Shown in pieces: positions 9,737 through 17,721 of a stretch of 64,000 bases of DNA. The position numbers and the translations under genes were made by a program. The notes under the pieces are model-generated. The model was not told where the DNA came from and did no database searches. It saw only the letters and a list, made by a program, of their open reading frames with translations. The stretch is from an uncultured Clostridia bacterium (GTDB lineage: Bacteria; Bacillota; Clostridia; TANB77; CAG-508), in the NCBI GenBank assembly GCA_944390405.1, contig CALXPS010000001.1, positions 18,300 through 82,299 of the forward strand, given 5' to 3'. How positions within the stretch are numbered: position 1 is the stretch's first letter; each line of letters opens with the position of its first letter.

Positions 9737-9740
9737 AATC
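9681..9740. repeat. ~60-bp direct repeat copy A (3' end of the recombinase gene); partner at 10545-10601
   Basis: gaaaataaagaaataaaaagtattacttataattttagcattcctagttaaaatc versus gaaaataaaaaataaaaagcattacttataattttagcattcctagtcaaaata. Confidence 0.75.
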
Positions 9741-9820
9741 TAATAAAATATTGGTAATTTTTAATAAAATATGTTATACTAATTATATATTATAAAAGGA
9801 ATAAAAAAGGAGGAGATAAT

Positions 9821-10171
9821 ATGTCTAATGTACCAGCCAATATTAGCAATATAATAGATGAATTTGTTAAAGGCGTAAATGCAATATTAGGAGATAGAGT
9901 TAAGAAGATAATACTTTATGGCTCTTATGCTCGAGGAGATTATGATAAAAGTTCAGATATAGATATTATGATTTTAACAGATTTAAACGATGATGAAATT
10001 CTTGAATATCGAGAAAAAATATTAGACTATGCTTATGATATTGAATGGAACAATAACTTTGATATTGTTGTATCTCCTTTAATAAAAAATATAGATAAGT
10101 ATAATAAGAGAATAGATGTAATACCATTTTATATGAATATTCAAAGAGAAGGAGTGGTTATAAATGGATGA
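9821..10171 (+). CDS. Minimal nucleotidyltransferase (MNT) domain protein, antitoxin-like
   Basis: GSYARGDYDKSSDIDIMIL = GS...DxD nucleotidyltransferase motif. Confidence 0.75.
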   Translation: MSNVPANISNIIDEFVKGVNAILGDRVKKIILYGSYARGDYDKSSDIDIMILTDLNDDEILEYREKILDYAYDIEWNNNFDIVVSPLIKNIDKYNKRIDVIPFYMNIQREGVVING

Positions 10172-10565
10172 TGAAGTTACACCATTAAGCTTTGCAAGAT
10201 ACAGATTAGAAAGAGCAAAAGAAGATTTAAAAGCAGCCGAGCTATTATACAAAAATGATAGTTTCTTAGCTGCAAATAATAGAGCATATTATGCAATCTT
10301 TCGTGCAATTAGAGCTGTATTGGCTTTAGAAAGAGTAGATTTTAAAAGGCATAAAGATGTGATTGGATATTTTAATCATCATTATGTAAAAACAGAGATT
10401 TTTCCAAAAATGATAAGTAAGAAAATAGGACAAGCAAGTAAAGTAAGAGAAGATAGTGATTACGATGATGAGTATATTCCAGATGCAGAAAAAACAAAAA
10501 TTCAAATTGATACAGCTAGCGAAGTAATAGAATTAGTAGAAAAATACATAGAAAATAAAAAATAA
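10164..10565 (+). CDS. HEPN domain protein, partner of the MNT protein (8-nt overlap)
   Basis: Overlapping start ATGGATGA; helical protein of HEPN size; R/H-rich stretch FKRHKDVIGYFNHH. Confidence 0.55.
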   Translation: MDDEVTPLSFARYRLERAKEDLKAAELLYKNDSFLAANNRAYYAIFRAIRAVLALERVDFKRHKDVIGYFNHHYVKTEIFPKMISKKIGQASKVREDSDYDDEYIPDAEKTKIQIDTASEVIELVEKYIENKK

Positions 10566-10601
10566 AAAGCATTACTTATAATTTTAGCATTCCTAGTCAA
10601 A
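10545..10601. repeat. ~60-bp direct repeat copy B at the right end of the element; overlaps the HEPN stop and the element-derived cotJB tail
   Basis: see 9681-9740. Confidence 0.75.
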
Positions 10602-10979
10602 ATAGGAATAATTTACTCCCAAATTGAACCAAGGCCATGGTTCTTCAAGCCATCTCCACTTATTGCAAGGGTAATGAATTGTAAGAGGACCATAAACTTT
10701 TTGATATTTATCCATAATTTCTCTTAATTGTTTTGAATAATGGTTATGCAAACATAGAGCTCTTCTATCATCTGGATGTGTATTTAAATATAGAGAAAGT
10801 TCAATAACAGCAAAATTCAATTCTTTAATTTTCATAATCATTTCTTCACGCTTGCAGTCTCTAGGACATTCTTGCATTTCAGGTAATTCCATAGTAGGTA
10901 GAGCTTCTTCAGGAGTACTATTCTTACCGCAATCGCACTTATAATTACAATTTCTTTTTTCATTACAAGACTCTAACAT
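10593..10979 (-). CDS. cotJB: Spore coat protein CotJB, 3' end interrupted; the last 11 codons (FNLGVNYSYFD) are supplied by element DNA
   Basis: CotJB family motif ELNFAVIELSLYLNTHPDDRRAL...YGPL; native C-terminus (PWPW-ERGNY-stop overlapping the cotJC ATG) lies 6.7 kb away at 3888-3913. Confidence 0.8.
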   Translation of the reverse strand: MLESCNEKRNCNYKCDCGKNSTPEEALPTMELPEMQECPRDCKREEMIMKIKELNFAVIELSLYLNTHPDDRRALCLHNHYSKQLREIMDKYQKVYGPLTIHYPCNKWRWLEEPWPWFNLGVNYSYFD

Positions 10980-11329
10980 TTATTACATCCCTCCCCAATA
11001 GAATTTCTTCTTCTTAAATATTCGTTTTCAGCCATGGATTGACCAGGCATATAAGGACTAACAAGTTCTGGGAATATAGTACCCATTTTTAGTCCTACAC
11101 AAGGTATAAAGGTTCTATCCATGGCTTGAATAGGTACATAACTTTGTGCTAAAACAGGATCTTCAGGAAATGCAATATATTCATCAAACCCACATTCACA
11201 GTCGTCATACATACCAAGAGTATTTTCAACATCACAACAAGTTTCTTCGAAACAATTTTCATAGTTCGAAGTTACATTATTATTATTCCAGTTGCTTTTA
11301 CATTTACAGCATTTTCTATACATTAACAA
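10973..11329 (-). CDS. cotJA: Spore coat-associated protein CotJA
   Basis: LAQSYVPIQ...GTIFPELVSPY matches the CotJA family core. Confidence 0.75.
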   Translation of the reverse strand: MLMYRKCCKCKSNWNNNNVTSNYENCFEETCCDVENTLGMYDDCECGFDEYIAFPEDPVLAQSYVPIQAMDRTFIPCVGLKMGTIFPELVSPYMPGQSMAENEYLRRRNSIGEGCNKC

Positions 11330-11490
11330 TTCCTCCTTTTTTTAATGTATACTACATAATATGTTAGAAAAATACAGAAAGTGACAAATCTTAGATATTC
11401 AATATTTCCTTCAAACTATTGATTTTTTCTAGCAAATTGATTATAATATTAAAGAAGTAATAATTTCCAAAAGAGAGGGGAATGTAAAAA

Positions 11491-13098
11491 ATGAATAAAG
11501 ATATACTTATAGGGGGAGCATGGCCATATGCTAATTATTTTATGCACATAGGACATTTAGCAGCACTTTTGCCAGGAGACGTATTAGCAAAATATTTTAG
11601 AGGAAATGGAGATAATGTAATATATGTATCAGGGACAGATTCACATGGTACACCAATTACACAAAGAGCTAGCAAAGAAAACGTTAGCCCAGAAGTAATA
11701 GCAACAAGATATCATGAAGCTTTTATAAAAAGTTTTGGTGCTATGAACTTTGAATATGATATGTACACAGCAACATTTACAGAAGAACATAAAAAAATGG
11801 TACAAGAGTATTTCTTAAAACTTATAGAAAATGGATATATTTATGAAAAAACAGTAGAACAAGACTATTGTGAAAACTGTGGTAAATTTTTGTCAGATCG
11901 AGAAATTATAGGGAAATGTCCAAAATGTGGTGGAGAAGCTACTGGTGAACAATGCGATAATTGTCTAACAACATTAAATGCGGATGAAGTTGAAGACAAG
12001 CATTGTAAAGAATGTGGAGAACAAACGGTACTTAAAGGTAACAAACATTTATACTTTAAATTATCAGCATTCCAAAAACAAATAGAAGATTTAATACAAG
12101 CAAGAGAAACTACATGGAGAAAACAGGCAGTAGGAGAATCAAAGAAATTTTTACACAATGGATTAATAGATAGAGCAGCAACAAGACAATTAGATTGGGG
12201 AATAGAAGTACCAGTAAAAGGATATGAAGATAAAAGAATATATGTGTGGATAGAAGCTGTATTAGGATATTTAACAACAGCTAGACGAGTAGCTAAAGAA
12301 AGAGGAATAGATTTTGAGAAATTCATGAGTAAAGACAATCCAAACTTATCAACATACTATGTTCACGGAAAAGATAATATTCCATTTCATACAATCATAT
12401 TTCCAGCATTAATGCTTGGTATAGGAAATGGATATCAATTACCAAAATATATAGTATCAAGTGGATATATTAATATGAATGACACAAAAATGTCAAAAAG
12501 TAAAGGAAATTTAGTAACAGTTGATGAGTTAGTAGAAAAATTCGATGTAGATAGTATAAGATATTATATGATTTCAAATGGACCAGAAAAGAAAGATACA
12601 AATTTTACAGAAGAGTTATTTGTTCAAGCACACAACAAATTCTTAGTTGGAATGTTAGGAAACTTTGTAAATAGAAATTTATCATTTATAAATAAAAAGT
12701 TTGATGGAATAATAAAAGAAGCAACAATAGATCCTGAAATAATAAAAATGACGGAACAATTATACAAAAAAACAGGAAACCTAATAGAACAAGCAGAATT
12801 AAAAGCTGCGTTAGATGAAGTTTTTGAGTATATTGGATATGCAAATAAATATTATGATGAAAAAGAACCATGGAAACAATGTAAAGAAAATATAGATGAA
12901 TTTAATAATATAACATATACATGTGCATATATAATTGCAAATATATCTAACTTAATAGCACCATTTATACCAAACACATCACGCAAAATAAAAGAAATGC
13001 TAAGTTTACCAGAATTTAAATGGGAACCAATTAATTTAAAGGGTGATATAAAAATTAATAATCTAGAGCTTCTATTTAATCGAATAGACTTAAAATAG
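11491..13098 (+). CDS. metG: Methionine--tRNA ligase (short form without C-terminal tRNA-binding domain)
   Basis: HIGH motif MHIGHL; KMSKS motif KMSKSKGN; MetRS zinc knuckles CENCGK...CPKCGG...CDNC...CKECGE. Confidence 0.8.
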   Translation: MNKDILIGGAWPYANYFMHIGHLAALLPGDVLAKYFRGNGDNVIYVSGTDSHGTPITQRASKENVSPEVIATRYHEAFIKSFGAMNFEYDMYTATFTEEHKKMVQEYFLKLIENGYIYEKTVEQDYCENCGKFLSDREIIGKCPKCGGEATGEQCDNCLTTLNADEVEDKHCKECGEQTVLKGNKHLYFKLSAFQKQIEDLIQARETTWRKQAVGESKKFLHNGLIDRAATRQLDWGIEVPVKGYEDKRIYVWIEAVLGYLTTARRVAKERGIDFEKFMSKDNPNLSTYYVHGKDNIPFHTIIFPALMLGIGNGYQLPKYIVSSGYINMNDTKMSKSKGNLVTVDELVEKFDVDSIRYYMISNGPEKKDTNFTEELFVQAHNKFLVGMLGNFVNRNLSFINKKFDGIIKEATIDPEIIKMTEQLYKKTGNLIEQAELKAALDEVFEYIGYANKYYDEKEPWKQCKENIDEFNNITYTCAYIIANISNLIAPFIPNTSRKIKEMLSLPEFKWEPINLKGDIKINNLELLFNRIDLK

Positions 13099-13215
13099 TA
13101 TAATTATTGGAACGGACGAGCAATGCTCGCCCCTACATGTTACATTTAGAATAGATTTAAAATAGCTTGATTAAAACTTGTTGTATTGTATTTTTGAAAG
13201 GAACATTACAAAGAA

Positions 13216-14439
13216 ATGGAAGAGAAAAAATTTATACAAAAACAATTAATAAAAAATATGATATATACATTTGCTGTTTTTACTATGTTAGTTTTAGTAT
13301 TTGACTTGCTTATATATAAACGAGCTGAACAATTATTATATAAAGAAATAGATACAGAATTACAAAATTTAGCAGAATTGAATTCAATGAGTAATAAAAT
13401 AATTTTACTAAACCCAAGAATAATGTATATAATACGAGATTCAGAAGGAAATATTATTAACAAAGAAACTATAGGAACAATTTATGAAGACTATGTTGGG
13501 GATATATATTTTGATATTACAAAATTAAATACAATATATTCACTAAAAGTGAATTCTGAATATAACTATAGGTGTATAACAGTTCCAGCACTTACAATTT
13601 CAAATCAGCTATGTTATGTTCAATTATTGGCTAATGTCGATGGAGAAAATGAAAGTCTAGAAAGTTTAAAAAGCAGATTATTTAGTATGAGTTCTATAAT
13701 AATAATAACTTCTATAGTAGCAAGCTATATTTTATCAAAGAAAACACTTAAACCTATAATTATTGCGTGGGAAAGACAAACAGAATTTGTGCAAAATGCA
13801 GCACATGAATTAAGAACACCATTAACAATAATTCAAGCAAAACAACAATTATTATTGAAAGAACCAGAAAGTAAAATAATAGATAAATCTGAAGATATAA
13901 GTTTAACAATAAATGAAACAAGAAGACTAACAAAATTAGTAAAGGAATTAATGGTTCTAGCAATGGCAGATTCAAATCAATTAGATATAAAAAAAGAAAA
14001 TAAAAATATAGATGAACTTATAAAAGATGTGGTTATACCATATGTTGAATATGCAAAAATGCAAAACAAGGAACTAAAAATAGAATTAAATTGCAATAAA
14101 GATATAAATATTGATGTAAATAAAATAACACAACTACTGGTAATTCTATTAGACAATGCAATAAAATACACAAAAGAAGGAGAAAAAATAGAAGTAAAAA
14201 CACATTGTAAAGATGGTAAATGTACTATTGAAGTATTAGATACAGGAATAGGAATAAATGATGAACAGAAAAAGCATATTTTTGAGAGATTTTACAGAGC
14301 AGAAAAAGCTAGAACAAGAGAAACTGGTGGAACAGGATTAGGTTTAGCAATTGCTCAGACAATAGTTAAAGCACATGGTGGAACAATTAAAGTATATAAT
14401 AATGAACCAAAAGGAACAAAATTTATAGTAAAAATTTAG
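13216..14439 (+). CDS. Sensor histidine kinase (orphan; no adjacent response regulator)
   Basis: Two TM helices; H-box AAHELRTPLT; G2 box GGTGLGLAIAQ. Confidence 0.8.
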   Translation: MEEKKFIQKQLIKNMIYTFAVFTMLVLVFDLLIYKRAEQLLYKEIDTELQNLAELNSMSNKIILLNPRIMYIIRDSEGNIINKETIGTIYEDYVGDIYFDITKLNTIYSLKVNSEYNYRCITVPALTISNQLCYVQLLANVDGENESLESLKSRLFSMSSIIIITSIVASYILSKKTLKPIIIAWERQTEFVQNAAHELRTPLTIIQAKQQLLLKEPESKIIDKSEDISLTINETRRLTKLVKELMVLAMADSNQLDIKKENKNIDELIKDVVIPYVEYAKMQNKELKIELNCNKDINIDVNKITQLLVILLDNAIKYTKEGEKIEVKTHCKDGKCTIEVLDTGIGINDEQKKHIFERFYRAEKARTRETGGTGLGLAIAQTIVKAHGGTIKVYNNEPKGTKFIVKI

Positions 14440-15883
14440 AGTGACACAAAAACAGTACAGACACAAGAACCATAAATTCTTGTGTCTGTATTGTTTCTAA
14501 TTTAATAATTTTCTTCCGAACTTCAAAAACTGTTCCAGCACCTATAGTTAATATAATATCATTAGGACAAGCATGACCCTTTAAATATTTAACAATATCA
14601 TCAAAACCAGATATGTAAATAGCATTTTTACCAAAATCAGATATTTTACTTACTAAATTTTTAGAAGAAATACCATATGTGTTTTGTTCTCTCGCAGCAT
14701 AGATATCTGTTATAATAATATTATCAAAATCTAATAGTGCTTCAGCAAAATCAGATAATAATTCTTTAGTTCTACTATATGTATGAGGCTGAAATACAAC
14801 CCAAGATTGACGATAAGACTTATTTTTCATTGCTTTAGCAGTAGCAGATATTTCACTAGGATGATGAGCATAATCATCATAAACATCAATATTGCCAAAA
14901 GAACCAACATATTCAAATCTACGACTTGCTCCAGTAAATTTTGCTAAAACAGTTTTTAATATTTGTTTAGATATTCCATAACTAGAACACATTGCAATAC
15001 ATGCTAATGCATTATAAACATTATGCAGACCAGGAACTGATAACTTAAACTCTCCAAAATAAGAACTATTACGATAAACATCAAATTTAGGAAAACCATT
15101 TTTATCATAAACAACATTTCTTCCAACAAAGTTAGCTCTATCATTTCGTATTCCAAAAGTTACAGCTTTTGCATGTGTATTTTTTCTTAAATCTATACAA
15201 TCTGGATCATCAGCATTAATAACTAAAAAACCGTCTTTAGGTAACAAATTTACATATTTAGCAAAAGCACTTTTAATATTGTCAAAAGTTTTAAAATAAT
15301 CTAAATGGTCATTATCTATGTTTGTTACAACAGCACTTTGAGGACTAAATTTTAAAAAACTTTCAACATATTCACAGGCTTCTAATATAAAGAAATCACT
15401 ATTACCAACTCTATAATTACCTCCAATATCTTTAAGTATGGCACCAACTTGAATACTTGGATCCAAACCCGCTTCCAAAAAGCATAAAGAAATCATTGAT
15501 GTAGTAGTTGTTTTTCCATGTGTTCCAGATACGCCAATAGTATTATCATAAATTCTTGTAAGAAATCCTAAAAAATCTGCTCTTTCAACAATTGGAATAT
15601 TATTAGTTTTAGCACAAATAAGTTCAGGATCATCTTGCTTAATAGCTGCAGAATATATAACAAAATCAGATTTTTCGACTAAATTTGTATTACTGCCAAT
15701 TGAAACAAAAATTCCATGACTTGCTAATCTATCTGTTATTTTACTTTTAGCACAGTCTGAGCCAGTAACAAATATTCCCCAATTATGTAACATTTCTGCT
15801 ATGCCACTCATACTAATACCACCAATGCCAATTAAATGTATATGCTTATATTGTTTTAAATTTTCTATATTACTTAAATTCAT
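14423..15883 (-). CDS. murC: UDP-N-acetylmuramate--L-alanine ligase
   Basis: IHLIGIGGISMSGIAEML, GSD...; ATP site GVSGTHGKTTTTSM. Confidence 0.85.
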   Translation of the reverse strand: MNLSNIENLKQYKHIHLIGIGGISMSGIAEMLHNWGIFVTGSDCAKSKITDRLASHGIFVSIGSNTNLVEKSDFVIYSAAIKQDDPELICAKTNNIPIVERADFLGFLTRIYDNTIGVSGTHGKTTTTSMISLCFLEAGLDPSIQVGAILKDIGGNYRVGNSDFFILEACEYVESFLKFSPQSAVVTNIDNDHLDYFKTFDNIKSAFAKYVNLLPKDGFLVINADDPDCIDLRKNTHAKAVTFGIRNDRANFVGRNVVYDKNGFPKFDVYRNSSYFGEFKLSVPGLHNVYNALACIAMCSSYGISKQILKTVLAKFTGASRRFEYVGSFGNIDVYDDYAHHPSEISATAKAMKNKSYRQSWVVFQPHTYSRTKELLSDFAEALLDFDNIIITDIYAAREQNTYGISSKNLVSKISDFGKNAIYISGFDDIVKYLKGHACPNDIILTIGAGTVFEVRKKIIKLETIQTQEFMVLVSVLFLCHSKFLL

Positions 15884-16013
15884 ATTATCATCGCCCTTTC
15901 TACGTGGTGTAATAAATTCACATAAATTATATACTGTAAATGTAAAAATTTCAAGATATTATGTAAAAATAATATATGTTTTGACTTGCAAATGAGTTAC
16001 AATAAATGATATA

Positions 16014-17597
16014 ATGATAAAAAAGAAACGGAGGAGATTATATATGATGAATCACCAAAGAATTATAGAAACGCTAGATACAATAGATACTTACCTAATA
16101 AGAAATGTAAATGCAGAAGGGAAAATAAAAGATGCCCAGAATATTTTTGCAAGGGCATATTTAATTCACATGCAAGAAATAAGAAAATATTTAGACGAAA
16201 ATGGAATTAAAGGAGCTATAAGAACTAGATTAGAACAAACAGAAAATGCACTTTCTTATGCGACTGATAGAGCTAACCTAAATCCAAATAATGACTATTT
16301 TAATTGGATAAATTCTAAAAAACAAGAAAGAGATTGCACAAAACCTAGTGATACACAAATATATTATGATATACGTACAGGGCATTTACCAATAGTTTTC
16401 ACTAATTATGCAAGAGAATATTTGCCTGATATTCTTGGAAAAGAAGAATTATTCTATAGTATGGATATGATAGAACAAGAATATCAAAAGTTTTTAAATC
16501 AAGATAAAACTTATGAAAAAACGCAAGAAACAGCATTAGTTGTAAGAAAGAGAAATCCAATACAACGATTTTTTGATAAACTCTTAAGAAGAGGAGAATA
16601 TAGCAAAAAACAAGAAAGAGCAGAAAGAAAACCAGTAGGAGAAAGCAAAACAAATAATAGACATAGTGAATATTGTCAAAAATTAAGCAACTATTCAAAT
16701 TATGATAGTAGAACTCAAAAAACAGAGTATTCACAAAGGCATAAACCAGAATGTATTATTGCAGTTAGTGATATACATGGAAACATTGAAAAATGGAATG
16801 CAATAAAAAGACTTGCTCAAGAAAATCCTAATGTGAAGTTGTTAATACTAGGAGATGCAATAGATAGAGGTGGATATGGAATAGAAATATTGTTACAAAT
16901 AAAAGAATTATGTGATCAAGGAAGAGCAGAGTATCTACCAGGGAATCATGATACTTTTTTATATAACTATGTAAAAGCAAGAGAGTTACTATCAAATCCA
17001 TTTGGAAAAAGTAAAAATCAGACTTCAAGTGCTACGTATATAGCAAAACGAGAACAGCTACAACTAGAAAGAAATGGTGGAGAAACAACATTAAATAGTT
17101 TGAGAAAATTTACACAAATTGTAGAAATGGAATTAAAAAAAGGAAATATATCACGTAATATTAAATCAGAAGAACTAATTGATTGGTTAGGCGAACAGCC
17201 AATACAAAAGAAAATGGATATTAATAATAGAAGATTTGCTATAGCACATGCATATTTTGATGATGAATTATATAATATAGATAAAAATTTTAATTTAAAA
17301 AAAGCATTACAATTAGAAATATGTGGGAAAGGACAAACTGCGTTAAATACATTTAGAACAATAATGTGGTACAGGGAAAATGATTCAAGAACACATTATG
17401 CACCTGTAACATTTCCAAAAGGGTGTGTAATGGTAGTAGGGCATACTCCACAGACACAAGGTATAAATGCTAGAAGATTTGCTAAAGGAGGAGAATATGA
17501 CCAAGTAATATATATAGATACAGGAAAGAAAATATCAGCATATGAGCTTTCAAGTAATCAAATTTTACAATTTGGGGAATATGATGTTGCAAGATAA
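16014..17597 (+). CDS. PPP-family metallophosphoesterase (Ser/Thr-phosphatase / ApaH-like) with ~230-aa N-terminal domain of unknown function; likely start 16044
   Basis: Calcineurin-like motifs VSDIHGN, GDAIDRG, GNHD; GGAGGAG RBS before ATG 16044. Confidence 0.65.
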   Translation: MIKKKRRRLYMMNHQRIIETLDTIDTYLIRNVNAEGKIKDAQNIFARAYLIHMQEIRKYLDENGIKGAIRTRLEQTENALSYATDRANLNPNNDYFNWINSKKQERDCTKPSDTQIYYDIRTGHLPIVFTNYAREYLPDILGKEELFYSMDMIEQEYQKFLNQDKTYEKTQETALVVRKRNPIQRFFDKLLRRGEYSKKQERAERKPVGESKTNNRHSEYCQKLSNYSNYDSRTQKTEYSQRHKPECIIAVSDIHGNIEKWNAIKRLAQENPNVKLLILGDAIDRGGYGIEILLQIKELCDQGRAEYLPGNHDTFLYNYVKARELLSNPFGKSKNQTSSATYIAKREQLQLERNGGETTLNSLRKFTQIVEMELKKGNISRNIKSEELIDWLGEQPIQKKMDINNRRFAIAHAYFDDELYNIDKNFNLKKALQLEICGKGQTALNTFRTIMWYRENDSRTHYAPVTFPKGCVMVVGHTPQTQGINARRFAKGGEYDQVIYIDTGKKISAYELSSNQILQFGEYDVAR

Positions 17598-17634
17598 AGT
17601 AATAGAAAGTTTACTTTAAAAAAAATAAAAAAAA

Positions 17635-17661
17635 TTAGCAATTGCTATTGACAATTGCTAA
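17635..17661 (+). promoter_or_regulatory. CIRCE-like inverted repeat TTAGCAATT-N9-AATTGCTAA overlapping the -35 of the hrcA promoter
   Basis: Perfect 9-N9-9 inverted repeat; TTGACA at 17648-17653 lies in the spacer. Confidence 0.55.
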
Positions 17662-17676
17662 AGAAGGGTGTATTAT
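17648..17676 (+). promoter_or_regulatory. SigA-type promoter of the hrcA operon (TTGACA-17-TATTAT)
   Basis: Consensus -35 and near-consensus -10 with 17-nt spacer. Confidence 0.6.
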
Positions 17677-17677
17677 A

Positions 17678-17704
17678 TTAGCAGTCCTACAAAAGGACTG
17701 CTAA
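17678..17704 (+). promoter_or_regulatory. Canonical CIRCE operator (HrcA binding site) TTAGCAGTC-N9-GACTGCTAA
   Basis: Matches CIRCE consensus TTAGCACTC-N9-GAGTGCTAA at 16 of 18 positions (same central substitution in both arms); directly upstream of hrcA. Confidence 0.85.
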
Positions 17705-17721
17705 TTTTGAGGTGAAAAAAC

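Larger units (their letters stand above)
3914..10627. mobile_element. ~6.7-kb intervening element with large serine recombinase, inserted in the 3' end of cotJB; bounded by the 9-bp core CCAAGGCCA at 3905-3913 and 10628-10636
   Basis: cotJB C-terminal coding (PWPW + ERGNY stop overlapping the cotJC ATG) is found at 3888-3913 in the cotJB frame; identical 9-bp core at both junctions; recombinase, TA module and cargo inside. Confidence 0.65.

Noticed and set aside
11330-11490. T-box leader upstream of metG
   Set aside because: The intergenic region is only ~160 nt and shows no T-box sequence or specifier/antiterminator structure.
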